64,000 nucleotides of DNA from Methanobacteriota archaeon (lineage in GTDB: Archaea > Thermoplasmatota > Poseidoniia > Poseidoniales > Thalassarchaeaceae), in contig JAOMRN010000001.1 in the NCBI GenBank assembly GCA_028355015.1, forward strand, positions 193,229 to 257,228, given 5' to 3'. A program made the position numbers and the translations under genes. The notes beneath the pieces were generated by a model. The model was not told the DNA's origin, searched no databases, and was given only the letters and a program-made list of their open reading frames with translations. Shown here piece by piece: positions 16,228-24,903 of the stretch (positions are counted from its first letter, which is position 1; each line of letters starts with the position of its first letter).

Positions 16228-17133
16228 ATGACGAAAGGCGAAATTGTACTTGGATGTCTTGCCCCTCACCCTCCGCATCTTGTTTATGCAGAGAATCCTC
16301 CTCAGAATGAAGCATTTAGTGAAGGCGGTTGGGAAACGCTTCGATGGGGCTATGCGAAACTTGCTAGAAAATTAAAAACAATTGATTATGATGCAATTGT
16401 AATTTTTACCCCACATTGGCAAACTTATATTGGAACTCATTTCTTAGGGCTTCCAGAATTCAAATCAAAATCCGTAGATCCTGTGTTCCCAAATTTATTC
16501 CGATATAATTATGATCTAAAAGTTGACGTAGAATTAGCTGAAGCCATGCATGAAGAAACAGAGAAAGCAGGCATTATAACAAAAATGATGAGAAACCCTG
16601 ATTTTAGAGTCGATTATGGTACAATTACTTCATGCCATCTTCTGAATCCTGATTGGGATAAACCTATAGTTACAATTTCTAGTAATCGTAATTCACACTA
16701 CTATTCCAATGAAGTGATGATAGAACAGGCCAAAGCATTAGGCGAGGCTTGTATGAAGGCTATAGAAAAAAGTGGCAAAAAGGTTGTTTTAGTTAGTAGC
16801 CATAGTTTAAGCCATCGTCATTTCGTTACTGAAGCACCTCTTCCAGAGGATATGAGTAGAGAACACATCTACAACCATAGTCAATACGTTTGGGATATGA
16901 AGATAATCGATATGTTCAGGGAAGGGAAAATGCAAGAAGTAGTTGATATTATGCCCGAATATACTGAACAAACGATTGCTGAAACAGAAGCTGGTGGACT
17001 AATTTGGATGATGGCAGCCATGGGTGTCCCAAGCTATCCTGCAGAAATTTATGGCTATCAATCAGTAATAGGTACAGGTAATTGTATTGCATGTTGGGAC
17101 CCGAATACTAATACTAGGGAGCTAGTTCTTTGA
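16228..17133 (+). CDS. Class III extradiol dioxygenase (LigB family), catalytic beta-type subunit (AmnB/LigB-like)
   Basis: LGCLAPHPPHLV, IFTPHWQT and VSSHSLSHRHF retain the His residues expected at the Fe site. The start is uncertain (ATG at 16180, 16201 or 16228). Confidence 0.7.
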   Translation: MTKGEIVLGCLAPHPPHLVYAENPPQNEAFSEGGWETLRWGYAKLARKLKTIDYDAIVIFTPHWQTYIGTHFLGLPEFKSKSVDPVFPNLFRYNYDLKVDVELAEAMHEETEKAGIITKMMRNPDFRVDYGTITSCHLLNPDWDKPIVTISSNRNSHYYSNEVMIEQAKALGEACMKAIEKSGKKVVLVSSHSLSHRHFVTEAPLPEDMSREHIYNHSQYVWDMKIIDMFREGKMQEVVDIMPEYTEQTIAETEAGGLIWMMAAMGVPSYPAEIYGYQSVIGTGNCIACWDPNTNTRELVL

Positions 17134-17142
17134 GGTGATTTG

Positions 17143-18069
17143 ATGAGCGAAGATTCTCCTATTTTATTCGGACTTTACGTCCCTCCGCACCCACAACCTC
17201 TGCTCAGTCCTGATGCAAATCAAGGATATTCTAACTTACGTGCTGCCTTTGAAACTTGTAGGAAAAGAATTGAAGAAAGTGATGCAGACCTAATATTAGT
17301 TTATTCAACAACATGGCCGAGTGTTGTTGGTCATCAGATACAAGCACTGAAAGAATCAATTTGGACTCATGTCGATGACGATTTCCATTATCTAGGTAGT
17401 ATGCCATATAATTTCAAAATAGATACTGATTTTGCTAATGAATATTGTTCTGCTGCTAAAAAAAGAGGCTTACATGCGCGTACTGTTGAATATGAAGGAT
17501 TTCCGATAGATACTGGTTCTGTTGTAGCACTCAGTTTACTTAATCCCGACAATCGTATACCTGCATGTATTGTTTCCAGTAATATGTATGCAAATCGATC
17601 AGAAACTATTGTCTTAGGTAAATCCGCTAGTGATGCTTTAATTACTCAAGGTAAAAAAGCAGTTATAGTAGTAGTATCAAGTCTTTCTAATAGGATGTTT
17701 ACTGAGCATATTGATCCATTAGATGATAGAATTCATAGTTCTAAAGATAATGAATGGAATGAGAAAATTCTACAATTTTTCGCTGAGGGTAGGTTAGAAG
17801 ATTTAAGTCAATTAAGTCGTGAAATTCATGGACAAATAAGAGTTCAAAAGGTAGTTGCATACAAACCTGCTTGGTGGTTAGCATCTGCAATGGGTCAGCA
17901 TAATAATTACCAAGGTGAAGTATTGGCTTACGAAGCATTACACGGTTCAGGAGGAGCAGTTATACAACTAACTCCTTCTACAGGTTCGTTTGGTGACAAA
18001 GAGTTTGATGAAGATGATGTTGAATTTTATCAAGGCGACCGAAATGTCTTGAATAAGGGGAACTTTTGA
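17143..18069 (+). CDS. LigB-family paralogue lacking metal-ligand histidines (AmnA-like non-catalytic subunit)
   Basis: Co-linear with the upstream gene, but the equivalent motifs are VYSTTWPS and VVSSLSNRMF (His lost). GAGGTGA lies 4 nt upstream of the ATG at 17143. Confidence 0.65.
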   Translation: MSEDSPILFGLYVPPHPQPLLSPDANQGYSNLRAAFETCRKRIEESDADLILVYSTTWPSVVGHQIQALKESIWTHVDDDFHYLGSMPYNFKIDTDFANEYCSAAKKRGLHARTVEYEGFPIDTGSVVALSLLNPDNRIPACIVSSNMYANRSETIVLGKSASDALITQGKKAVIVVVSSLSNRMFTEHIDPLDDRIHSSKDNEWNEKILQFFAEGRLEDLSQLSREIHGQIRVQKVVAYKPAWWLASAMGQHNNYQGEVLAYEALHGSGGAVIQLTPSTGSFGDKEFDEDDVEFYQGDRNVLNKGNF

Positions 18070-18713
18070 TGCCTAAAGATGAGTTGACTGATTTTGAGAA
18101 ACGTCGTAAACTCATCGAAGGAATAATATTTTCTCCTGATGATTTTGTTGAAAAAATGTATTCAGATTATGGTAAATCATTGCTTAGTTCTGCGGGTGGT
18201 GCACTAGGTGCGGCAGCAGGAGTAGCTGTCGGCGGTCCAGTAGGTGGAATTGTAGGTGGCGTAGTAGGTAAGAAAACTGCAGGTAAATTAGTAATAGAAA
18301 ATGGTCCTTTCATATCTACTGAAGGACCTTCAGCAGTCGGTGCATATCCTCATTTGCATAGAGTAGGTGATTTGATTTTCGTTAGTGGAATAGGACCAAG
18401 GAAGCCTGTTACAAATGAAATACCTGGCGGTCCAATTAAAGATGAAGATGGTAATCCATTGGACTATGATATCAAAGCTCAAACTCGTTCTGTTATTGAC
18501 AATATTCGAATAATTCTAGAAGAATACGGGTCAAGTCTAGAAAATGTTGTTGACGTATATTCGATGCTAGTAGACATGGATCGAGATTTCGCAGGATATA
18601 ACGAGGTATATGCTGAGTACTTCTCAGAGATCATGCCTTCAAGAACTACTTGCGCAATATCCGCCCTACCTACTCCTATTGCAGTGGAATTAAAAGTTAT
18701 AGCTAAAGCCTAA
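18069..18713 (+). CDS. RidA/YjgF/UK114-family (enamine/imine deaminase-like) protein with a ~75-aa N-terminal extension
   Basis: GAYPHLHRVGDLIFVSGIGP... and ...RTTCAISALPTPIAVELKVIA are RidA-like. The extension contains GGALGAAAGVAVGGPVGGIVGGVVGKK. The ATG overlaps the upstream stop (TGATG). Confidence 0.75.
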   Translation: MPKDELTDFEKRRKLIEGIIFSPDDFVEKMYSDYGKSLLSSAGGALGAAAGVAVGGPVGGIVGGVVGKKTAGKLVIENGPFISTEGPSAVGAYPHLHRVGDLIFVSGIGPRKPVTNEIPGGPIKDEDGNPLDYDIKAQTRSVIDNIRIILEEYGSSLENVVDVYSMLVDMDRDFAGYNEVYAEYFSEIMPSRTTCAISALPTPIAVELKVIAKA

Positions 18714-19738
18714 TTTAGAATTTTATTTATTCTTTCAGAGGTACAGTCTATAGGCGCCGATATAGGGTTACATGCAACCGGGTTTCCTTCTGGTATATCC
18801 ACCCAATAATCTATCCCTTCGACTTTAGCAGGATAGTCAGTAGATATTGAATGCGCACCTACTGATAATGCTGCATTTAGCCTAGTCTTATTATTCTCAT
18901 CTGCCTCGCCATTTTCTGCATTATCTGCTCTTGACCTGACAATATAACCATCTTTGACTAATGCTATAATTTCATCTGCATTTCCTACTGGGTCTGTATC
19001 TGAAAATATCGCTGCTTCGGAACTACCCGTTTCTGACATTGTGAACATTCTCGCTTCAATTAGCCCTGGGAATTTATCATGATAACTTTGTCTTAATTCT
19101 CCACTTGATAAGAGAATAAACATCGCTTTACCTCTCGAATCATCTAGTAATGGCCAGCCATTTTCCATTATTGCCTGAGAAAGTGTTTCTGAATCCTTTC
19201 TAACATCATCGGGAGTGATTGTTTTGTTTCGTGGCCAAAATTCAATTATTTCTTGTTCAATACTATCCAACAGATTCTGTAGCTCCACTATTGCAGTATT
19301 ATCCGTACTTTGCTCCATCCATTCCTTTGGTTCAATCCAAATCATAAATGGGACATGTTCGGGGTTTTCATTTGACCAATTCAAAAGTGTGTTTAGACAT
19401 TCCTCAAATGTCACACAAGTTGTCCGTAAGTCATACTGATTATGATAAACATAAAGTTGCCCTCTGGCATCCCACCAAACATCAATTTCAAACTGTCTTA
19501 CCCCCTGTTCTTCCGCTTGTACATTTAATGGCTGATGTGAATATTCATATGCTCTTAATGTGGGTCCTAATGGCTCTAAGTGATATGAATTATGCGTTCC
19601 CTTTACCTGAATATGATTTATTCTTAGAGGCGTCAAGTCATCTTCAATTATTTCTTTAGAATCTTCGCTCATGGAAAGACAGCCACTCATTGAACCAGTC
19701 ATCATAATCAGAGTTATAATACAGGTAATCGTCTTCAT
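18710..19738 (-). CDS. Secreted lipoprotein, PLC-like phosphodiesterase (Ca-dependent PI-PLC-like)
   Basis: Lipobox-like MMTGSMSGC. HIQVKGTHNSYH is typical of the PI-PLC X-domain superfamily. Confidence 0.5.
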   Translation of the reverse strand: MKTITCIITLIMMTGSMSGCLSMSEDSKEIIEDDLTPLRINHIQVKGTHNSYHLEPLGPTLRAYEYSHQPLNVQAEEQGVRQFEIDVWWDARGQLYVYHNQYDLRTTCVTFEECLNTLLNWSNENPEHVPFMIWIEPKEWMEQSTDNTAIVELQNLLDSIEQEIIEFWPRNKTITPDDVRKDSETLSQAIMENGWPLLDDSRGKAMFILLSSGELRQSYHDKFPGLIEARMFTMSETGSSEAAIFSDTDPVGNADEIIALVKDGYIVRSRADNAENGEADENNKTRLNAALSVGAHSISTDYPAKVEGIDYWVDIPEGNPVACNPISAPIDCTSERINKILN

Positions 19739-19820
19739 CTTGTTTCAGCCTGAACGGCACTTAAACATTAAGAATTGGGAAGACCAAACCTTGAACAGTA
19801 ATGTTTGAGCCGCTAATATC

Positions 19821-21482
19821 ATGGATAGGCTATCTCCAAAAGAGGTCATTGGGATTGTTCTCCAACCTCTTGAAATGGTTTCAGAAACTTTAGAAAGAAA
19901 GTTAGGGTTATTTTCTGTAGTTATTCTTTCATTATCTGCGATGCTAGGTAGCGGTTTATTCGTACTACCTTCTTTGGCTATGATGGAACTCGGAGATGGT
20001 AATTTACCTCTTGGTGGTATATGGTTAGCATATTTATTTGCAGGTTTAGTTATTCTTCCTGGAGCCATCTCGAAATCGGAACTAGCTTCTGCGATGCCAT
20101 CATCGGGTGGTGCTTATGTCTATATTGAGAAAACATTCGGTCCAATAATTGGAACAATATCTGGCCTAGGGTTATGGGCTAATTTCATGCTTAAATCCGC
20201 ATTCGCCCTTATTGGTTTCAGAGCATATTTATGGGTCTTAGAGGGAATTCTTGATGTTTCAATAAATCTTGATTATGCCGTGATGATAATGCTAGGCTTA
20301 ATTGTAGGAATTAATATTTTAGGCGCTAAAAGTATTAAGAAAGTTCAAACGCCAGTAGTTTTAGTTTCAGTAACTTATTTGATGTTTGTTTGTATTTACG
20401 CTTTGTTAACGATGGAGCTAAATTGGGATGCCGCAATATCTCGAGAAGCATTAGGGGCAGATTGGCATAGTTTCTCATCAACTGCTGCTCTAGTTTTTGT
20501 TTCATACATCGGCGTCACAAAAGTTGCAGCAGTAGGCGGAGAAATCAAAGATCCAAGCAAAAATATGCCGTATGGTATACTGATTTCATTATTTTTCAGT
20601 ATTTTCCTATATGTTTTTGTCACTCTAACTATGGCTATTACAGTTGATCCTTTGAGTTATGTAGAAAATGGACATGCTAGAGAAGATCCAATCTATGTTT
20701 TTGCTCTGATTGTTGGTGGTAAGACGATTGCAACAATTGCGGCTACTTTCGCGGCATTTACTGTTCTTTCAGGATCTCTCGCTGGAATAATGGCAGCCTC
20801 AAGATTCCTTTTTGCTATGGCTAGGGACAACCTATTGCCTGATTTATTCGAAAATGTCCATAGCAAATACGATACTCCACATTGGGCGATAATTGGAACA
20901 GGTCTTTCTATGGCGGCAGCAATTCTTTTCTTACCAGTGCATGATGTAGCAGAACTTGCTTCAGGATTCAATTTAATGGTGTTTATCCTTATCAATGCAT
21001 GCGTTCTAGTATTGAGAAATTCTGCAAAATCTCATTGGTACAAACCTGAATGGGAATCTCCTCTATACCCTTTTACACAGATATTTGGGATATTAACAGG
21101 TTCAGTATTGATTTATGCGATGGGATTTAAAGCTTTATTCGGAGGTTCAGCAGCAGTTATAATTGGAATTATAATATACCAATCCTATGGGAAGAGGCAT
21201 GGTCAAAAGTCAATAACTCCTTGGGAAACATTCCGGCTTCAGTTAACAAATCCTGATGAAGTCGAACATCGAAGAAGATGGGCGGCATTTCATGCGGCAG
21301 ATATAAATCGGAATAATCATCTGAATTTACATGAATTTATTTCAGCAATGGAATCTCTAGGCTTTTCAGATGGTAACCAAGATACTTTGAGAGAATATTT
21401 CCATGCTGCTGATCATAATGAAGATGGAGTTTTAGAAATAGATGAATTTTTGTTAGGTGTAGAGGAATTAGAATTCGATTAG
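19821..21482 (+). CDS. APC-superfamily amino-acid permease with a C-terminal EF-hand pair
   Basis: About 12 TM segments with an APC-like N-terminus (LGSGLFVLPS.., SGGAYVYIEKTFG). The C-terminus carries DINRNNHLNLHEF and DHNEDGVLEIDEF (21300-21479). Confidence 0.8.
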   Translation: MDRLSPKEVIGIVLQPLEMVSETLERKLGLFSVVILSLSAMLGSGLFVLPSLAMMELGDGNLPLGGIWLAYLFAGLVILPGAISKSELASAMPSSGGAYVYIEKTFGPIIGTISGLGLWANFMLKSAFALIGFRAYLWVLEGILDVSINLDYAVMIMLGLIVGINILGAKSIKKVQTPVVLVSVTYLMFVCIYALLTMELNWDAAISREALGADWHSFSSTAALVFVSYIGVTKVAAVGGEIKDPSKNMPYGILISLFFSIFLYVFVTLTMAITVDPLSYVENGHAREDPIYVFALIVGGKTIATIAATFAAFTVLSGSLAGIMAASRFLFAMARDNLLPDLFENVHSKYDTPHWAIIGTGLSMAAAILFLPVHDVAELASGFNLMVFILINACVLVLRNSAKSHWYKPEWESPLYPFTQIFGILTGSVLIYAMGFKALFGGSAAVIIGIIIYQSYGKRHGQKSITPWETFRLQLTNPDEVEHRRRWAAFHAADINRNNHLNLHEFISAMESLGFSDGNQDTLREYFHAADHNEDGVLEIDEFLLGVEELEFD

Positions 21483-21544
21483 TGAATGAACAAGCGTTTA
21501 ATTGAAGGTATGTATGTTACTCGGAGAATAACGGAAGTGACCAT

Positions 21545-22360
21545 ATGGCAATATCTAGTCGAGTTAAAAAAGTCACAACTCATACTCTCCAAGAGATGAA
21601 AAGAGAGGGTGAAAAAATCACTATGTTGACATCATACGATTATTCATTAGCGCGACTTGTTGATGCCGCTGGTATCGATGTAATTTTAGTTGGTGATTCT
21701 GCTTCTAATGTGATGGCCGGTAATGAAACAACAGTCCCAATTACTTTGGAACATATGATCTACCATGCTCAATGTGTAATCAATGGAGTAGATAGGGCAT
21801 TAGTAGTGGTTGATATGCCATTTGGGACATACCAAGGCGATTCTAAAACTGCACTTGATTCAGCAATTCGAATTATGAAAGAATCAGGAGGTCATGCTGT
21901 TAAATTAGAAGGTGGTTCTGAGGTAGTAGAATCTGTAAAACGTATCCAACAGGCTGGAATTCCAGTCATGGGTCACCTTGGATTAACTCCTCAATCAATA
22001 TACAAGTTTGGAACTTATACGGTAAGAGCAAGAGAACAAGATGAAGCAGATAAATTACTTGAAGATGCCAAGGCATTACAAGAGGCTGGTTGCTTCTCGA
22101 TAGTTTTCGAAAAGATACCTGCAGAATTAGCTAAAGAAGTCAGTGAAGCCCTAACAATACCTACTATTGGAATAGGGGCAGGAGTCGACTGTGACGGTCA
22201 AGTTTTAGTCCTTCATGATATGCTTGGTATTACAAAAGACTTCAGCCCAAGATTCCTAAGGAGATATGCCGATTTAGGCGAAACTATAGACGGAGCAGTC
22301 AAGCAGTACATCGAAGATGTACGAGATAAAGAGTTCCCAAGTGCTGATGAAGGTTACTAG
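21545..22360 (+). CDS. panB: 3-methyl-2-oxobutanoate hydroxymethyltransferase
   Basis: [51 protein letters not shown]. Confidence 0.9.
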   Translation: MAISSRVKKVTTHTLQEMKREGEKITMLTSYDYSLARLVDAAGIDVILVGDSASNVMAGNETTVPITLEHMIYHAQCVINGVDRALVVVDMPFGTYQGDSKTALDSAIRIMKESGGHAVKLEGGSEVVESVKRIQQAGIPVMGHLGLTPQSIYKFGTYTVRAREQDEADKLLEDAKALQEAGCFSIVFEKIPAELAKEVSEALTIPTIGIGAGVDCDGQVLVLHDMLGITKDFSPRFLRRYADLGETIDGAVKQYIEDVRDKEFPSADEGY

Positions 22361-22419
22361 TTTTTATCATTCATCACTCCAAAACTTCAAGGACAGCCGC
22401 CTGCATAGATGAGATTGCT

Positions 22420-23379
22420 ATGAGCGAACTTTGGGTCGAGCGACATCGTCCGCGTACTGTTGGTGATATCAAAGGTCAGCGTGCGGTAGTTGAGAGACTG
22501 AAAGCATATGCTCAGAAACGTACTTTTCCGCATCTGCTATTTGCAGGTCCTCCTGGAACGGGTAAAACTACTGCTGCAATTGCCCTAGCAAGGGATGTAT
22601 TTGGAGAGGGATATCGTACTAATATGCTCGAAATGAATGCTAGTGATGAAAGAAAATTAGAGTCTATTAGAACTAAAGTAAAATCCTTCGCTAGAACTGC
22701 ACCTGTGCCTGGAACCACATTCAAAGTTATCTTTCTTGATGAAGCAGATGCATTAACTCCCGATGCTCAGGGTGCTCTGAGGAGAATAATGGAACAATAT
22801 GCCGAAACTTGTAGATTCATCCTTTCTTGTAATTACTCTTCAAAAATCATCGAGCCGATACAATCACGATGTGCTGTATTTCGTTTCCGTCCACTAGCTG
22901 AAGATCAAGTTAGAGAAATGATAGTTAATGTGGCTTCAGGAGAAAATATTGAATTACATCCAGAGGCGGCAGATGCGATTGTCCATGTTTCTTTAGGAGA
23001 TTTAAGAAAGGCAATTACCTCTTTACAAGTCGCGGCTTCCTTAGATACTAATGTGACTCGTGAACTAATCTATGAAACTACAGCGACCGCGCCTCCTGAA
23101 GAATTACATGGTTATTTTTTAGCATGTCAACAAGATGGTTTTCAACCTGCTCGACGAAGATTAAGGGAACTTCTCGATAGATTTGGTTTAGCCGGAACCG
23201 ATTTAGTGAATCAGTTACATAGAGAACTGGGCAGTGTGTCATTTTTTGACGAATCGCAGAAACTCAAAGTTACCGAAGTGATGGCTGAAACCGATTTTAG
23301 AATGGTTGAAGGTGGTGGTGAATCACTACAATTAGACGCCATGACTGCAAAGATTTGTTCCCAAATCAAAGAACAGTAG
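22420..23379 (+). CDS. rfcS: Replication factor C small subunit
   Basis: LWVERHRPRTVGDIKGQ, LLFAGPPGTGKTT, IFLDEADALT (DEAD), SRC motif (IQSRCAVFRF). No intein; the length is normal. Confidence 0.92.
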   Translation: MSELWVERHRPRTVGDIKGQRAVVERLKAYAQKRTFPHLLFAGPPGTGKTTAAIALARDVFGEGYRTNMLEMNASDERKLESIRTKVKSFARTAPVPGTTFKVIFLDEADALTPDAQGALRRIMEQYAETCRFILSCNYSSKIIEPIQSRCAVFRFRPLAEDQVREMIVNVASGENIELHPEAADAIVHVSLGDLRKAITSLQVAASLDTNVTRELIYETTATAPPEELHGYFLACQQDGFQPARRRLRELLDRFGLAGTDLVNQLHRELGSVSFFDESQKLKVTEVMAETDFRMVEGGGESLQLDAMTAKICSQIKEQ

Positions 23380-24232
23380 TTTGTGCAATTGAAATTGTGT
23401 AAACTAATTCAGATGTATTTACCCAAGGTTTTCCTTGTTCAACCATTGTAATCTCTAGAGTATATTCCCCAGGTCCGAGAGTCCCTAGATCCCATGCCAT
23501 CCCCACATCACTCTCATGTTGTCCTATTTTGCTACCTCTAGTCCAGTTGGTTACTGAATCAAACATTTCTTTTTCTTCAGTATGTGAAATAGCAGTTCCA
23601 TTAGCTAATTCTTGTAACATTTCTCCTCGATAATATATCGCTGCGTTTATCTGAACAGTTTTTGCATTTACATTGTCTCTTACTGCCATTCCCAAAACTA
23701 CATCCACAGTATCTTGATTCAAATCTATAGTATAGATGCCATTCTTCCAAGTTGTATCTTCAATACCTTCAGTTTGTTCTATGTCTATCCCTCCTGCCAA
23801 TGTAGGTGGAGCAATATCTGCAAGTGGTGGATTAGACAATATGAAGGACAATGCTAGCCAAGTAAAAATGAACAAGAAAATACCTCTGAACCAGTTCCCA
23901 TTAGTATATAATTCATTATATTTAGTAGGTAAAATAATCTTGTGGAGTGGAATTATTGTTGCGGATAATAATAATGGTAACAGGTACAATAATGGCCCTG
24001 GCCCCTCAATTCTTGGCATTAACAAATAACGAATACCTGCAGCCACTGCAACTCCGTAAATTATTACAAGCCACATTGAATAAGCATCTGCTAATTCTTT
24101 TATTGAATGCATTAATGGATCAAAAGGTTCAATCTTTTTCGAGGTAGGTTTTCCTCCATCTCTTTCGCCATTTGACTTACGTTTACGATCGTTGTAAGCG
24201 CTTGCACGCAAGGCAGTGTCTACGTCAACCAC
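23366..24232 (-). CDS. Hypothetical membrane protein with an extracytoplasmic C-terminal domain
   Basis: 288-aa ORF with several TM segments in the first half. No recognised motif. The 3' end overlaps rfcS convergently by 14 nt. Confidence 0.55.
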   Translation of the reverse strand: MVDVDTALRASAYNDRKRKSNGERDGGKPTSKKIEPFDPLMHSIKELADAYSMWLVIIYGVAVAAGIRYLLMPRIEGPGPLLYLLPLLLSATIIPLHKIILPTKYNELYTNGNWFRGIFLFIFTWLALSFILSNPPLADIAPPTLAGGIDIEQTEGIEDTTWKNGIYTIDLNQDTVDVVLGMAVRDNVNAKTVQINAAIYYRGEMLQELANGTAISHTEEKEMFDSVTNWTRGSKIGQHESDVGMAWDLGTLGPGEYTLEITMVEQGKPWVNTSELVYTISIAQTTVL

Positions 24233-24343
24233 GTGTTGCCGATGATGAACTATACATCAAGGATGCGGGTAGATAAGGTTCCTTGAAAACCTCTTTTGGA
24301 GGACGTTATACTCAAATGGTGGTTGTTACTCGAGCGACTTACT

Positions 24344-24495
24344 GCCGGGGTGGCGTAGTTGGTAGCGCGTCGGACTCATAGGGTAATTTTGTGTGGAAAT
24401 TTAATTTCTGCTGAAACTAGTCATGAGCGCAACAGCCTGCTTTGAGTGTCTGAGACATCCGAAGGTCGCGGGTTCAAGTCCCGCTCCCGGCACCA
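24344..24495 (+). tRNA. tRNA with CAT anticodon (elongator Met type, or Ile2 if C34 is modified), interrupted by a ~76-nt intron at the canonical 37/38 position; CCA is encoded
   Basis: Hand fold: acceptor GCCGGGG/TCCCGGC, D arm GCGT..GCGC, anticodon stem TCGGA/TCCGA, anticodon CAT at 24377-24379, T arm GCGGG-TTCAAGT-CCCGC, discriminator A + CCA. Intron 24381-24456. Bulge-helix-bulge: central helix CTCA (24375-78) / TGAG (24451-54), flanked by the 3-nt bulges TAG and ACA. Confidence 0.88.
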
Positions 24496-24532
24496 TCATT
24501 TCCAAATAGTTCAACCGTTACAGTGTAACATT

Positions 24533-24835
24533 ATGTATGAGTTCGAAATTTCTAACTGGGATGAACTTAGTATTTATTTTTCTAAAGTATTCAATAATCT
24601 TGGCAATATTTCAATTGATGAAAAATATCTTACTTTCTCATCATTTCCTGAAGATGTTAAGACAGAATTGATAATACATAGAACTGGTCAACTCGTAGCT
24701 AATATGCCACTACATGGTGTTGATACATTTATTCAAATTATAAGGATAGATAAAAAAATGGAAATTGTTGAATTGATAGGACCGAATATCGAATATCAAT
24801 ATAGGATACCTCCACAGTTACTTCTCAGAAGATAA
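24533..24835 (+). CDS. Hypothetical protein (100 aa)
   Basis: The track ORF 24446-24835 begins inside the tRNA 3' exon, so I trimmed it to the first ATG downstream of the tRNA (MYEFEISNWDEL...). No motif recognised. Confidence 0.4.
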   Translation: MYEFEISNWDELSIYFSKVFNNLGNISIDEKYLTFSSFPEDVKTELIIHRTGQLVANMPLHGVDTFIQIIRIDKKMEIVELIGPNIEYQYRIPPQLLLRR

Positions 24836-24903
24836 TAGTCAACTAACTCTCAATAGCAGTTTATTACCGAGGGATTCAAGCATACTACTACTCAGCATTA
24901 CCC

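Noticed and set aside
24241-24247. ATGATGA (a perfect box C consensus) upstream of tRNA-Met, suggesting a box C/D sRNA
   Set aside because: There is no CTGA box D within the next ~40-70 nt, no D'/C' pair at 12-nt spacing and no terminal stem. A 7-mer like this is expected by chance in AT-rich DNA.
24391-24453. Box C/D-like elements inside the tRNA intron (CTGA, TCATGA, CTGA)
   Set aside because: No canonical box C is present (the best candidate, GTGTGGA, matches 5 of 7). The C'-to-D spacing is ~23 nt rather than ~12. Neither putative guide is complementary to the tRNA itself. It is kept only as a remark in the intron finding.
24446-24532. N-terminal 29 codons of track ORF 24446-24835
   Set aside because: They overlap the 3' exon of the tRNA (the translation GRGFKSRSRHHH is the tRNA T-arm read as protein). 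The ORF was trimmed to the ATG at 24533.
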